Assembly: GCA_038230375.1 (NCBI GenBank)
Contig: JBBRNJ010000048.1
Location: 1-64,000, forward strand
Direction of reading: 5' to 3'
DNA from: Polyangiales bacterium
Lineage (GTDB): Bacteria > Myxococcota_A > Polyangia > Polyangiales > Polyangiaceae
DNA: 64,000 bases
Part shown: positions 8,815 to 20,400 of the stretch, in pieces
Layout: the number at the start of each line of letters is the position of its first letter
How positions within the stretch are numbered: the first letter of the stretch is position 1
The notes under the pieces: generated by a model
The model's input: only the letters and a program-made list of their open reading frames with translations
Database searches by the model: none
What the model was told of the DNA's origin: nothing
Position numbers and translations under genes: made by a program

Positions 8815-9914
8815 CACACGCCAACAAGAGCGGTGTGTGGCTCTTCTCGCGCCGAGCAGACCTGCTCGCGTTCGGCGGCAGCGCGCTCCTCTCGCTCGCG
8901 ATGCTCGGCATTGGACACCAGGCGGGTGTCCTGTCCGGAGTGACGCCTGGGTGGGCGTGGGTCCCTGCCGTTCTGCTCGTGGACGTGGCCCACGTGTGGT
9001 CCACGGCGTTCCGTACGTACTTCGATCGCAAGGAGCGCACGCGCAGGCCCGTGCTCTACACGGTGGTGCCGATCGCGTGCTTCGCTGTCGCGTTCGCCGT
9101 GTGCCGCGTGTCCGAGCAGCTGTTCTGGCGTGCGCTTGCGTACCTCGCCATTCTGCACTTCGTGCGGCAACAAGCAGGGTGGGTACTGCTCTATCGCGCC
9201 CGCGCGGGCGAGCGCCGCGGTGGTCTGTCGCATGCGCTCGACATGGCGGCGATCTACGCGGCCACGCTTGGCCCCCTTGCCTTCTGGCACGCGCACCTGC
9301 CGCGGCGGTTCGACTGGTTCGTCCCTGGCGACATCATGGCCGTGCCGCGCGCGGTGTTTCTCCCCATCGCGGGGCTCGCCATCGCGGCGCTCGTCGCCTG
9401 GGCGGCATATACATGCATCATGCATGTATCAGGGAAGGCGCGTGCGGTCCCGGGCAAGGTGCTCGTGATCGTGACCACGACGCTCACGTGGACGCTCGGC
9501 ATGGTGGTGTTCGACTCGGACTACGCGTTCACCGTGACGAACGTGTTCGCCCACGGCATCCCCTACGTGTGTCTGGTGTTCTTCTACCAGCGCAGGGCGG
9601 AGGCGGTCCGCGGCGAGGGGCGCAGCGTCCTCATGAAGAGCATCTTCGCGTTCGTGTCGGTGCTCTTCATCCTGGCGTACGTGGAGGAGCTCCTCTGGGA
9701 TCGCGGCGTCTACCACGAGCGGCCGTGGCTCTTCGGCGAGGCCGCGGACGATCTGTCGGGCCTGCGCTCCTTGCTCGTGCCGCTGCTCTCGTTGCCGCAG
9801 CTGACGCACTACGTGCTGGATGGCTTCATCTGGCGACGCGCGAAGAACCCCGTCCTTGGCCGGATGTGGGAGCGCGACGCGCTAGCCGACGGCGATACCG
9901 ATCTGGCGGCGTAG
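8811..9914 (+). CDS. Polytopic membrane protein with conserved His motifs
   Basis: Multiple TM segments, DVAHVWST, HFVRQQ, HGIPY, HYVLDGFIW; GTGA overlap with the oxidase. Confidence 0.75.
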   Translation: MTHANKSGVWLFSRRADLLAFGGSALLSLAMLGIGHQAGVLSGVTPGWAWVPAVLLVDVAHVWSTAFRTYFDRKERTRRPVLYTVVPIACFAVAFAVCRVSEQLFWRALAYLAILHFVRQQAGWVLLYRARAGERRGGLSHALDMAAIYAATLGPLAFWHAHLPRRFDWFVPGDIMAVPRAVFLPIAGLAIAALVAWAAYTCIMHVSGKARAVPGKVLVIVTTTLTWTLGMVVFDSDYAFTVTNVFAHGIPYVCLVFFYQRRAEAVRGEGRSVLMKSIFAFVSVLFILAYVEELLWDRGVYHERPWLFGEAADDLSGLRSLLVPLLSLPQLTHYVLDGFIWRRAKNPVLGRMWERDALADGDTDLAA

Positions 9915-11363
9915 CTTCGCGTAGCGATCGGAGAGCACGAACGCTAGGAGGTCGTTCATCTTCTCTTCCGCGTGCGCCTTGTCCTCCGCGGTGAGCACCT
10001 TCTGCGCGGCCGCGAGATCGCCCGAGAGCAGGAGCCCAGTGCGATTGCATGTAGCTTCCACGGATTGTGACCAGCGCTGGAGATTGGTGCGGCCGCCCTC
10101 CTCCACGAAGCGCAGGAACTGACCGCGCAGCCGATCGAGCTGCATCGGCTCCAGGATGGGCTCGATCGCCTTCGCGATCGGCACCACCAGCTCCTTCACG
10201 TGCGCCGACAGCGGCAGCCCCGGATTGCCGATCGACAGGGCGGCCAGGAAGATCTCCTCGAGTCCGCGCGCGTCAGGCACCAGCATGCGTACGAAGTGCT
10301 CTTCGCGATAGTTCGCCAGGTGCCGACCCGCAATGAAGGCGAGCTCCTGCGCGCTACGCCCCGACAGCGACGCGGCACCAAGCTTGGACGCTGGCGGCAC
10401 GCCGGGCACCATCTCCACGGTGCCGTCGAACTCTGGCGCGACGTAGAGCGGCGGCGCATGCATGCCAAGGATGGTGCTCGCCCACGCGAAGCAACGCACG
10501 GCCTGCAGCGTGGACGTGGCCGGGTCTTGCTTCTTCGCGGGATCCATCTTCATCAGCTGCTTGTCGCGGCGGAGCGCGGACAGACGCCCGAGCAGCACGG
10601 CGGACACGACCACGCCGAAGATCTCCCCCACGAGCGGCTCCTCCTCGGGATGGAAGAGGAGCTTCTTCCACGCGTCGGGCGTGATGGGCGCGCTCGGACG
10701 GATCAGCCCCACCTGCTTGTGAGCCGCGTGCGCTGCCCTCTCGTCGGCGCTCGCTTGCCCCAGATGGACCAGGACCTCGGTCGTGAGGAACGCGCGATCT
10801 GCGTCCTTCGTTCGCGACCAGTGACGGAAGAGGGCGTGGAGAGTCTCGTCATCGCGCGGGTCTGCGCGGACGCGGCGAAGCAGCTCGCCGATGTCGTCCT
10901 CGGGCGTGCTGTCGGGTGCCTTTGCGTCCGAGAAGTCCACCTCGATGCTGACCTGCGCGCGAGCCTCGGAGAGCTCCTGCTCGAGCTCGATCACGCGAGC
11001 CTCCAGGCTCTTGATGCGGCGCTCGAGCGCGAGCGTGCGCTGGTCCGTCGCTGGCTCGAGCGGGGAGATCGACGTGGGCGCCGGCATGTCCTCGGCGCCC
11101 GAGAGATCCTTGATGATGACCTTGTTGCGGGATTCGTACGCGGCCTGCAACGCAGACTCGAGGCGACGAAGTCGTCCCTTGTCCAGACCAAGGCTGTCCG
11201 CCATGCGATCGAGCTGCTTGCGCTCCTCGGTCGTGATGACGCCGTCCTCGATCACCTCCGCGAACAGCTCTTCGTACATCGACTCGAGCTTGCCGAGCCG
11301 CACGTTGCCGGTGGCCTCCGCAGCCTCGAACCCTTGCGAATAGTCGAACGTGTCGTCGCTCAT
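9882..11363 (-). CDS. Hypothetical myxobacterial protein (coiled coil plus helical C-terminal domain)
   Basis: Long ORF with typical codon bias from MSDDTFDY; coiled coil LERRIKSLEARVIELEQEL. Confidence 0.65.
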   Translation of the reverse strand: MSDDTFDYSQGFEAAEATGNVRLGKLESMYEELFAEVIEDGVITTEERKQLDRMADSLGLDKGRLRRLESALQAAYESRNKVIIKDLSGAEDMPAPTSISPLEPATDQRTLALERRIKSLEARVIELEQELSEARAQVSIEVDFSDAKAPDSTPEDDIGELLRRVRADPRDDETLHALFRHWSRTKDADRAFLTTEVLVHLGQASADERAAHAAHKQVGLIRPSAPITPDAWKKLLFHPEEEPLVGEIFGVVVSAVLLGRLSALRRDKQLMKMDPAKKQDPATSTLQAVRCFAWASTILGMHAPPLYVAPEFDGTVEMVPGVPPASKLGAASLSGRSAQELAFIAGRHLANYREEHFVRMLVPDARGLEEIFLAALSIGNPGLPLSAHVKELVVPIAKAIEPILEPMQLDRLRGQFLRFVEEGGRTNLQRWSQSVEATCNRTGLLLSGDLAAAQKVLTAEDKAHAEEKMNDLLAFVLSDRYAKLRRQIGIAVG

Positions 11364-11458
11364 GGGCAAAGCCTCCTCACGCTGGACTAGTTTCGCGCGC
11401 TTCCCACGCGATCTCAATGGATTCAGCAGGCTCAATTCGTCTACCTTGGAGAGCAGCG

Positions 11459-14292
11459 ATGTCCGAGTCGGTAGACGTTCTCTTCGCCAAATGGCGACAG
11501 AATGGCGACGTTCAGTCGACCATCGACCTGTGCGAGGCTGCCGCACGTGAGCCCTTCCCGGATGCCAGGGATGTGAGCCCGTTCGTGAAGACGCGCTTTG
11601 CCGGGCACGCGGGGGTGCTGCTCGCGGCGGGTCGTATGCAGCTGGCGCGCGGCGAGCTCGACGACGCGCAGGATCTCTTCGTACGCGCTGGCAAGGCCGC
11701 TCCCAAGGACGGCGACGTATACCGCTTTCTGGGCGAGACGCTGCTCCGCAAGGGCGACGCGGAGCGTGCAGAAAAGGTGCTCGAGCGTGCCGTCGCGTTC
11801 GGATCGCGCTCGCCAGACACGGGCGACCTCTTCGAGCACGCACGGCGGTTCGCGCCCACACAGAAGAGCCGCGGCACCGTGGCGCTCGCCGCAGAGGTGG
11901 GCCGCACGCTTGGTCCTCCTGGCAGCGGGTTCCAGAGCGTGACGAACGTGCTCGCGCAGTCGCCACTCGCAGCTCCGCCCGCGCCGCTGCCACCCCTCGC
12001 GCCTCCGCCGATGGCAGCGCCTCCGCCGTTTGCAGCCCCTCCGCCCCCCGCGATGGCTCCTGCGCCCGCACCGGTCCCAGTCCGCCTTCCGCCTCCCCTT
12101 GCTGCCCAGCCGGGCCGCGGCATGGGCACGCAACCAGTGCACTCGAAGGAGCTTCCCACCGTCGCGGCAGGTGTTCCCATCACGCCGCCACCGCTCGCCA
12201 TCTCTCCGCCGAGCATGCCTCAGCCAAGGCCGCCGCCGCGCGCAGCCGCACCTGCCGCAACGTCCGACGATCTGACGCCGTGGCAACCGCCCCCGCCCAT
12301 GGCGCCCCCGGGCATGATCGGATCGAGCGGCGCGGGCAGCGTCGCAGAGTCACCCTACCGCGAGAGCGGCGTGCTCAAGGCACCAGACCCGCGCGATGTG
12401 CTCGACGCGCTCGCGCTCGCCGGCATCTTCGAGAAGGACGAGGCCGCGAAGATCCCGCTGGTGTGGGACAAGGCCGCTGGCTCGCCGCGCCGCCGCATGT
12501 CGTACGCCACCATGATCGGTGGCATCGCGCTGTCCGTGGCAGCTGTCGCCGGGACGTTCTACTTTGTGCAGAATCGCCGCGCGAAGGACCACGTGAGGGC
12601 AGAGGCGATCCTCGTGCGCGTCGACGCGCAGCTGCGCGCCGCGGACCCCAGCAAGTTCGGCGAGATGGAGAAGTCCATCGGTGAGGCGTTCGATCTCGAA
12701 TCGCGGTCACCGCATGCGTCGCTGAACTGGACCCGCGAGCGCGCGATGAAGGGCCTGGTGCTGGGGCCGCAAGAGATCGCCTTCGAGGACGCTGTCGTGC
12801 GCGGGAGAGAGGTCGGCGTGCCGGAGTCGGACCTCGCGTTCGCTGCGGCCGCATCGTTCCTCTTCCAGGGCGATACCGCGGGTGCGGCGGCCTCACTCGG
12901 CAAGGCGGATCAGGCGGCAAGCAAGGACGCGTACTACCAGCTGATCGCCGGAGCCGTGCTCGAGCGCGCGGGCGACCCGCGTTCACTGGAGCGGTACGCC
13001 GCGTCGCTGCAGCTCGATCCGCAGCTCTATGCGGCCGCAGTGGCGCTCGCGAGGGTCACCGCGATCGAGAGCGACCCCAAGCGCGCGCTCGCCCTCGCCA
13101 CGGAGCTTCGCACGAAATACCCGGACCGTGCCGAGCCGATCGCGCTCGTGGCGCTCGCCTGGGCGAAGGATCCGTCGCGTGACAAGCCGCCGCCGGAGGT
13201 CCAGCAGGCGATGGAGCTGAAGGAGCTTCCCATCTCGCTCCGCATGGTGCCGAAGGCAGTGACGGCGTTCGTGAAGGCGCAGGCCCGTCAGGAGCAAGAC
13301 GCCAAGGATGCTCTGAAGGCGGCGCTCAACTTCGCTGACTCGCCCGGACAGGCCACCTGGATCGGCAGTGTCGCGCTCGACGTTGGCGATCAAGACCTCG
13401 CGCGGAAGGCCGCGCTCGTCGCGGTCTCGTACTCCGCGGTGTATCCGCCCGCCCGCATGCTCGCGGCGCGCGTGGCGCTCACCGCCGGTCGCTACGACGA
13501 GGCGCTGAAGGCCTCCGAGGATCTCGACGCGGCAGCCATCGACGTCGCGATCGTGCGCGGCGCCGCCTCGTACGAGAAGCTCGACATCGACGGCGTGGCG
13601 AAGGCGACCGACGGTCTCCCGAAGGAGACCCGCGGCTTCCCCGTGGTCTTCGGCGTGCTGGCCATGCCGGACGCTGTGTTCGCGCGCAACGTGCCGTCTT
13701 CGGCGAAGCTCCTGGAGCTCGCAAGCTCGGGCGCGCCCTGGGCAGACGTGGTCGCCATGGATGAGTGCTTGCTCCTTGGCGACCTCGACACCGCGGACAA
13801 GATCGGCGTGCTGTGGAAGGACGCGCCGCGCGAGACCGCTCGAACGCTTCGGCTCGCCACGCTCGCGCGTTACCGCGGCAACCTGGAGGACGCGGACAAG
13901 CTCTCGCTCGCAGCCGTGCAGGCAACTCCCACCGTGCGCTCCATCGTCGAGCGCGCGATGGTGCTCGTCGCCGCGAAGAAGAAGGAAGACGCGGACAAGC
14001 TCCTCAAGGCGTACCCGACGCTGCTCGGACCGCTGGGAAAATGGCTCTCCGCGTACGTGCTGGCCTCGTTCGGCAAGGCCGAGGACGCGCGCTCCCGCAC
14101 CGCCACCGAGGAGCCGCCCGAGTCCGCCTCGGCGTATGCGCGCGTCCTCGTCGTAGCCGCAATCGGAGCCATGAAAGATACGCGCCGCGGCCAGCCCTAC
14201 GTGAAGAAGGCCATCGCGGACGGCCTTGCAAACCCAGACGTCGCCACCGCCGCCGAAGCGATCCACCTACCCAAGGTCAATCCCCCAAAGCG

Positions 14293-14296
<4 letters not shown>
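11459..14296 (+). CDS. TPR protein with Pro-rich linker and single TM segment
   Basis: TPR-like helices at the N-terminus, poly-Pro linker, TM (IGGIALSVAAVAGTFYFV), Ala/Leu helical repeats. Confidence 0.75.
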
Positions 14297-15420
<1,124 letters not shown>

Positions 15421-15487
15421 TTCACACCTCGAACCATTGGGTTCACTTCACTGTACCGCAGGTCCCCCGACAACAGGCATCGAGCAC

Positions 15488-15542
15488 GCGCTCAATCTGC
15501 GCTCAATCTGCGCTCAATCTGCGCTCAATCTGCGCTCAGTCT
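15488..15542. repeat. 11-bp tandem repeat (GCGCTCAATCT)x4 plus one variant copy containing the pilB stop
   Basis: Units at 15488, 15499, 15510, 15521 and GCGCTCAGTCT at 15532. Confidence 0.95.
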
Positions 15543-17236
15543 GCCATGGTCACGCGCATGATCTCTTCGGTCGTGGTCACACCCACGAGCACCTTCAAGA
15601 TCCCGCTTCCGCGAAGGGACATCATGCCGCCCTTGATGGCCGCGGCCTTGAGCTCGGCAGTGCTGGAGCCCTGGAGCACCATTTCCTTCAGCGTATCTGT
15701 GAACCGCATGACCTCGTAGAGAGCGACGCGGCCCTTGTAGCCCGTGCCGTTGCAGGTGCGGCAGCCGACGCCCTTGAAGAGGTTCGCGCTCGCGATCTGA
15801 TCCGCCGAGAAGCCGCAGTCCTGAAGCACCTCCGCCTCCACCTGCACCTCTTGCCTGCAGTCTGCACATATCTTGCGAGCAAGACGCTGAGCGAGAACCA
15901 GGTTGACGGAGGCTGTGATGAGGAACGGCTCGACGCCCATGTTGAGGAGGCGCGAGATGGTCGCGGGCGCGTCGTTCGTGTGGAGCGTGGAGAGAACCAT
16001 GTGGCCCGTGAGCGCGGCCTTGACCGCGATTTCGGCCGTTTCAAAGTCACGGATCTCGCCGACCATCAGGATGTCCGGGTCCTGACGAAGGAAGGCGCGC
16101 AGCGCCATCGCGAAGTTCAGGCCGATCTCGTCGTGCATCTGCACCTGGTTGATGCCGTGGAGGTTGTACTCGACGGGATCTTCGGCGGTGCTGATGTTGT
16201 GCCCCGGCTTGTTCAAGTCAGAGAGCGCGGAGTACAGGGTCGTGGTCTTTCCAGATCCGGTGGGACCCGTGACGAGCACCATTCCCCACGGCTGGTGGAT
16301 GGCCCAGAGGAAGTCGTCGAGCGGCTTCTGATCGAAGCCGAGCTTGGTCATGTCGAGCTGCAGGTTGCCCTTGTCGAGCAAGCGCATGACGATCTTCTCG
16401 CCCCAGAGCGTGGGAAGCACGCTGACGCGGAAGTCCATCTCGCGGCCCTTGCCGAGCTTCAGCTTGATACGACCGTCTTGCGGAAGGCGCCGCTCGGCGA
16501 TGTCGAGCTGGCTCATGATCTTCACACGGCTCGAGATGGCGGCCTTCAGCTTGACCGGCGGCTGCATCTCCTCGACGAGCACGCCGTCGATGCGGTAGCG
16601 CACGCGGAGCTTCTTCTCGTACGGCTCGATGTGAATGTCGCTGGCGCCCTTCTTGATGGCGTTGAGCAAGATCATGTTCACGAGCCGGATGACGGGCGCG
16701 TCCTCGCTCGCCTTCTCGAGCTCCATGACGTTGAGCTCTTCGTCGTCGCCGGTGAACTCGATCTCCGACTCCTCGAAGCCGGACATGACCTCTTCGTACG
16801 AAGGGCCTGCGTTGTAGTAGCGATCGACCGCGGCGGCGATCTGCGACTCGCTCGCGATGACGGGCTCGATGTTGTAGCTGGTGAGGAACTTGAGGTCGTC
16901 GATGGCGTTGAGGTTCGTGGGATCCGCCATGGCCACGATGAGCGAGCTACCTGCGCGCGACACCGGGATGACGCGATGCCGCTCGCACTGCTCCTTGGAG
17001 ACGAGCTTCAGGATCTCGCCGTCGATCTCGTACTCCTCGAGATTGACGGTGGGGACGCGGTACTGCTGCGAGAGGAAGTTCGTGACCTCTCCCTCGCTGA
17101 TGAGCCCCAGCTTCGCGAGCGCGTAGCCAAGGTTCTTACCGGTCTTGCTCTGCTCGTCCTGCGCCTGACGGAGCTGCGCGAGCGAGATGAGCTTTTCACG
17201 TACGAGCAGCTCCCCCAAACGGTTCTGATTCGACAT
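15536..17236 (-). CDS. pilB: Type IV-A pilus assembly ATPase PilB
   Basis: RLGELLV N-terminus, ASDIHIEP, LDIAERRLPQDGR, GPTGSGKTT, LRQDPD, CxxC/CxxC; GGAGGG upstream of ATG 17236. Confidence 0.95.
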   Translation of the reverse strand: MSNQNRLGELLVREKLISLAQLRQAQDEQSKTGKNLGYALAKLGLISEGEVTNFLSQQYRVPTVNLEEYEIDGEILKLVSKEQCERHRVIPVSRAGSSLIVAMADPTNLNAIDDLKFLTSYNIEPVIASESQIAAAVDRYYNAGPSYEEVMSGFEESEIEFTGDDEELNVMELEKASEDAPVIRLVNMILLNAIKKGASDIHIEPYEKKLRVRYRIDGVLVEEMQPPVKLKAAISSRVKIMSQLDIAERRLPQDGRIKLKLGKGREMDFRVSVLPTLWGEKIVMRLLDKGNLQLDMTKLGFDQKPLDDFLWAIHQPWGMVLVTGPTGSGKTTTLYSALSDLNKPGHNISTAEDPVEYNLHGINQVQMHDEIGLNFAMALRAFLRQDPDILMVGEIRDFETAEIAVKAALTGHMVLSTLHTNDAPATISRLLNMGVEPFLITASVNLVLAQRLARKICADCRQEVQVEAEVLQDCGFSADQIASANLFKGVGCRTCNGTGYKGRVALYEVMRFTDTLKEMVLQGSSTAELKAAAIKGGMMSLRGSGILKVLVGVTTTEEIMRVTMAD

Positions 17237-17381
17237 TCGTTCTCCCTCCGGCAGCAACAACGCCGGAACGCGGATCCAAGCGTCCGACATTGGGTGCCGC
17301 GTCGTCAAGCGATCCGAGCGTACCCAATCGCGAATGCCTGGGTCTTGGGTGCTGGTATAGGTAGGTGAAGAGGCGAGCAGC

Positions 17382-18548
17382 GTGTTCGAGCGGTTCTTCG
17401 GCAAAGGTAGGAGCAAGGCGGCCGCGCAGAAGGCGGAGCTGCGGGGCGATCTTGCCCGCGCCGTGGAGCTCTACGTGGACGCCGACGCCCGCGACGACGC
17501 CGCGCGCATCATGATCTTGCGCGGCGACTCCGAGCCGGATCCACGCCAGCGCCTCATGTTCTTCACGCAGGCCTGCCGCACGGCGACCAAGGGACATGAC
17601 ATCCACCGCGAGGCCCAGCGGAAGCGCGCGCTGCTCGCCGTGACGCTGGCAGGTGACGCCGCCATCTCCGCGGTCGCGCGCCGTGACACGCTGGACGCCG
17701 CGAAGGAGCTCGAAGAGGTCGGAGAGAATGCGCGCGCGGCGGAGGCCTACCGGCTGGCGGGCGACAAGGAAGGCGAGGCGCGGGCGCTCGCTGCCGCTGG
17801 CGAGATCGACGAGCTGGAATTCCTGCTGTCCGAGGAGCAGCACAAGGACCGCCAGGACCGGCAAAAGAGCGACGCCCAGGCCGACGTGGAGATCCTGGTC
17901 ACCTCGGGTCGAAGGCGCGACGCGCTCGAGGCGCTCGACACACTGCTCGGCAAGAACGCCGACGACATGCGGTTACGCGAGCGCGCAGTGGGCATCCGCG
18001 GGCGCCGCGTACTCGGCCGCGTCGTGCGCATGGCGCTCTCTGGTGAGCGCGTCGCGTTCGTGCTCGGGGACGAGCTCACCCTTGGCCGCGAAGGCACCAT
18101 CAGCGTCGCGTCGAGCGCCGTGAGCCGCCACCACCTGCGCATCTTCCGCAAGGAGGGCGTGTTGCACATCCAGGACCTCGACAGCCGCAACGGCACGCAG
18201 CTGCGCGGGATCAACGTGACCGGCGCGCTGCCCGTCCATGACGGCGTGGAGCTGAAGCTCGGTCGTGAGGTGCCATTGCGTGTGGTCCCCTCCACGACGT
18301 TCCCGGACGCCGTCGACATCGACGTCGCGGGGGAGCGCTTCGTCGCCGCGCTCGGGAAAGGCACCCTGCCGATCCCAGGATGGTCCATGAAGGAGGCTGC
18401 GGACGGCTGGGTGGAGCTGCACACCTCATCCGACAATCCGGCCTACCTCCAGAAGATGGCGCTTGTGCCGCAGGCCACCGTGCTCGTCGGAGACGCATTC
18501 AGCACCCATCGCGAGCAGGATCCCATGATCAAGATCCTGGGTGCGTGA
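17382..18548 (+). CDS. FHA domain protein with N-terminal helical repeats
   Basis: LGR...VSRHH...DLDSRNGT FHA signature. Confidence 0.85.
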   Translation: MFERFFGKGRSKAAAQKAELRGDLARAVELYVDADARDDAARIMILRGDSEPDPRQRLMFFTQACRTATKGHDIHREAQRKRALLAVTLAGDAAISAVARRDTLDAAKELEEVGENARAAEAYRLAGDKEGEARALAAAGEIDELEFLLSEEQHKDRQDRQKSDAQADVEILVTSGRRRDALEALDTLLGKNADDMRLRERAVGIRGRRVLGRVVRMALSGERVAFVLGDELTLGREGTISVASSAVSRHHLRIFRKEGVLHIQDLDSRNGTQLRGINVTGALPVHDGVELKLGREVPLRVVPSTTFPDAVDIDVAGERFVAALGKGTLPIPGWSMKEAADGWVELHTSSDNPAYLQKMALVPQATVLVGDAFSTHREQDPMIKILGA

Positions 18549-19149
18549 GGTGGTGGTCGCGGACCTCGTGGGAAGGCGGAATGTGCTGGGCCTCGCCGCA
18601 GGCGCGGGCATCTTGCTCGCAGGCTCGTCCTGCAAGCGACTCTTCGGCAAGGGCGACGGCTTGAAGCAACTCACAAGCGCACCTGACAAGGCGGGGCGAC
18701 GGCGCTCGCTCTCGGTGCCGGATGGATGGACCGAGGACGTGGAGCGAAACCCGGCGGCGGAGATCGCCTCCGGAAGCCGGAAAGACGACACCTTCGTGAT
18801 GGTGATCTGCGAGCCGAAGGCCGACTTCCCGGGCTACTCGCTGGACCGTTACTCGGACCTGACACGCGGGCAGGTGATGAAGAACCTCACGGGCGGGAAG
18901 AGCGGCGCGAAGGTGAAGAGCATGATCAACGAGCGCCCCGCGATCGAGGCGGAGCTTCGCGGGGGCTTCCGCGACGGCAGCACCGACGACGACGGCGGCT
19001 CCCGCACGACCAACCTGGTCTACCTGCACACGAGCGTGGAGCTCGAGACGAGCTATTGCCAGGTGGTCGGCTGGACGAACGGCAGGCGCTGGGACGGCGC
19101 GAACGCGCTCCTCCGTACCGTCGCCGCGAGCTTCCACGAGGAGGGATAG
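18541..19149 (+). CDS. Hypothetical exported lipoprotein (start uncertain)
   Basis: GRRNVL twin-Arg-like leader and GSSC; sits in an operon between the FHA and kinase genes. Confidence 0.6.
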   Translation: MREVVVADLVGRRNVLGLAAGAGILLAGSSCKRLFGKGDGLKQLTSAPDKAGRRRSLSVPDGWTEDVERNPAAEIASGSRKDDTFVMVICEPKADFPGYSLDRYSDLTRGQVMKNLTGGKSGAKVKSMINERPAIEAELRGGFRDGSTDDDGGSRTTNLVYLHTSVELETSYCQVVGWTNGRRWDGANALLRTVAASFHEEG

Positions 19150-20400
19150 ATGGGGCTCTTCGATTTCTTGAAGAAGGGCAAGAAGGCCGACGACACAGGC
19201 GCCGCGCCCGCTCCGACGATCGCGGACGTGCAGCGAGCGCAGGTGCGCGCGCACCAGGACACGCAGCGGCTGGCGGATTTCACGAAGCTCTTTCATGCGG
19301 GCGAGCCGAACGGCGCGACCACGGAGGAGGCGCTCGCTATCCTGGAGGGCTATCGCAGCGGTCCGGACGAGGGCGGCGCGGTGGATGCTCTTGCGCGACG
19401 CGCGCGGTCGGCACCACTGCCCGAGCCGCTCGCCGTTGCCGGCGCTTCCATCCTGGACGCGCGCGGCGAGACCGAGCTCGCGATCACGATGCTCGAGGGC
19501 GTGACTGGACCCGACGGTCTGATGATGCTTTCGGATCTGAGAGCGCGCGCCGGGGATCTTCCACGCGCAGTTGCAACGGTGGAGCGCGTGCTCCTGCGCA
19601 ACCTGGACCACCCAGGCGCACGCGAGCGACACCAGCGTTGGCGCGTGGAGCTCGGCTTCGAGGCGCCGAACAAGCCCAAGGAGGCCGCAGGCGCCACGAC
19701 CGTCGTGGCGAAGGACACGGACGCACCGTTCGAGGTGCTGCGAGAGATCGCACGCGGAGGCGCGGGCGCCGTGTACGAAGCGCGCGATCGCGAGCTCCTG
19801 CGCAAGGTCGCACTGAAGGTCTATCACCAGCCCGAGCGCGACCGCGATCAGCTCACGCACGAGGCAAAGGTCGCCGTGTCGCTCGCCGGCGATGGCATCG
19901 TGAGCATCTACGACGTGGATCCGGATCATGGCTGGATCGCACTCGAGTGGGCGGAACTCGGCGCGCTGCGCGACGTCATCAAGCGCAAGGAGGTAGCCCG
20001 CCTCTTGCCGCTCGACCGCTGGCTCCTTCCGCTGGCGCGCGCGCTCGGACGCGTGCATGCGGCCGGGTGGGTCCACCACGACATCAAGCCCGCGAACGTG
20101 CTCATGGACCGCGACTCACGACCCCTCATCGCGGACTTCGGCATCGCACGGCGCGCGGGCGAGCCCAGCCCTGCAGGCAGCCTTGGCTACGTCTCACCGG
20201 AGCGCATGAAGAAGCGACTGTCGGATCCACGAGACGACGTCTACGGATTCGGACGCCTCCTGGAGGACGTGCTGCTCGCCGTTCCCGACTCGCCCGCGAT
20301 CGCGAAATGGAAGCCGATCGCGCACGCGTGCATCGGCCCCGACGATCAGCGCCCCGCCGACGGTCGCGCCCTTCTCACTCGCATGCGCGTGGAGACGTAG
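19150..20400 (+). CDS. Hanks-type Ser/Thr protein kinase
   Basis: ARGGAGAVY, VALK, HHDIKPANV, DFG, GYVSPE, DVYGFG. Confidence 0.92.
   Translation: MGLFDFLKKGKKADDTGAAPAPTIADVQRAQVRAHQDTQRLADFTKLFHAGEPNGATTEEALAILEGYRSGPDEGGAVDALARRARSAPLPEPLAVAGASILDARGETELAITMLEGVTGPDGLMMLSDLRARAGDLPRAVATVERVLLRNLDHPGARERHQRWRVELGFEAPNKPKEAAGATTVVAKDTDAPFEVLREIARGGAGAVYEARDRELLRKVALKVYHQPERDRDQLTHEAKVAVSLAGDGIVSIYDVDPDHGWIALEWAELGALRDVIKRKEVARLLPLDRWLLPLARALGRVHAAGWVHHDIKPANVLMDRDSRPLIADFGIARRAGEPSPAGSLGYVSPERMKKRLSDPRDDVYGFGRLLEDVLLAVPDSPAIAKWKPIAHACIGPDDQRPADGRALLTRMRVET

Noticed and set aside
9882..12071. Extended ORF-track starts (9882..12071, 34075..35895, 8169..9914, 1893..3527, 61061..62071)
   Set aside because: The extensions overlap neighbouring genes; internal starts with RBS or stop-start coupling fit better.
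15437..17368. Long antisense/shadow ORFs (also 35211-37241, 37487-39571, 43136-45226, 57097-59229, 18726-21038)
   Set aside because: Typical of high-GC codon bias; they overlap motif-bearing genes and have no recognisable domains.
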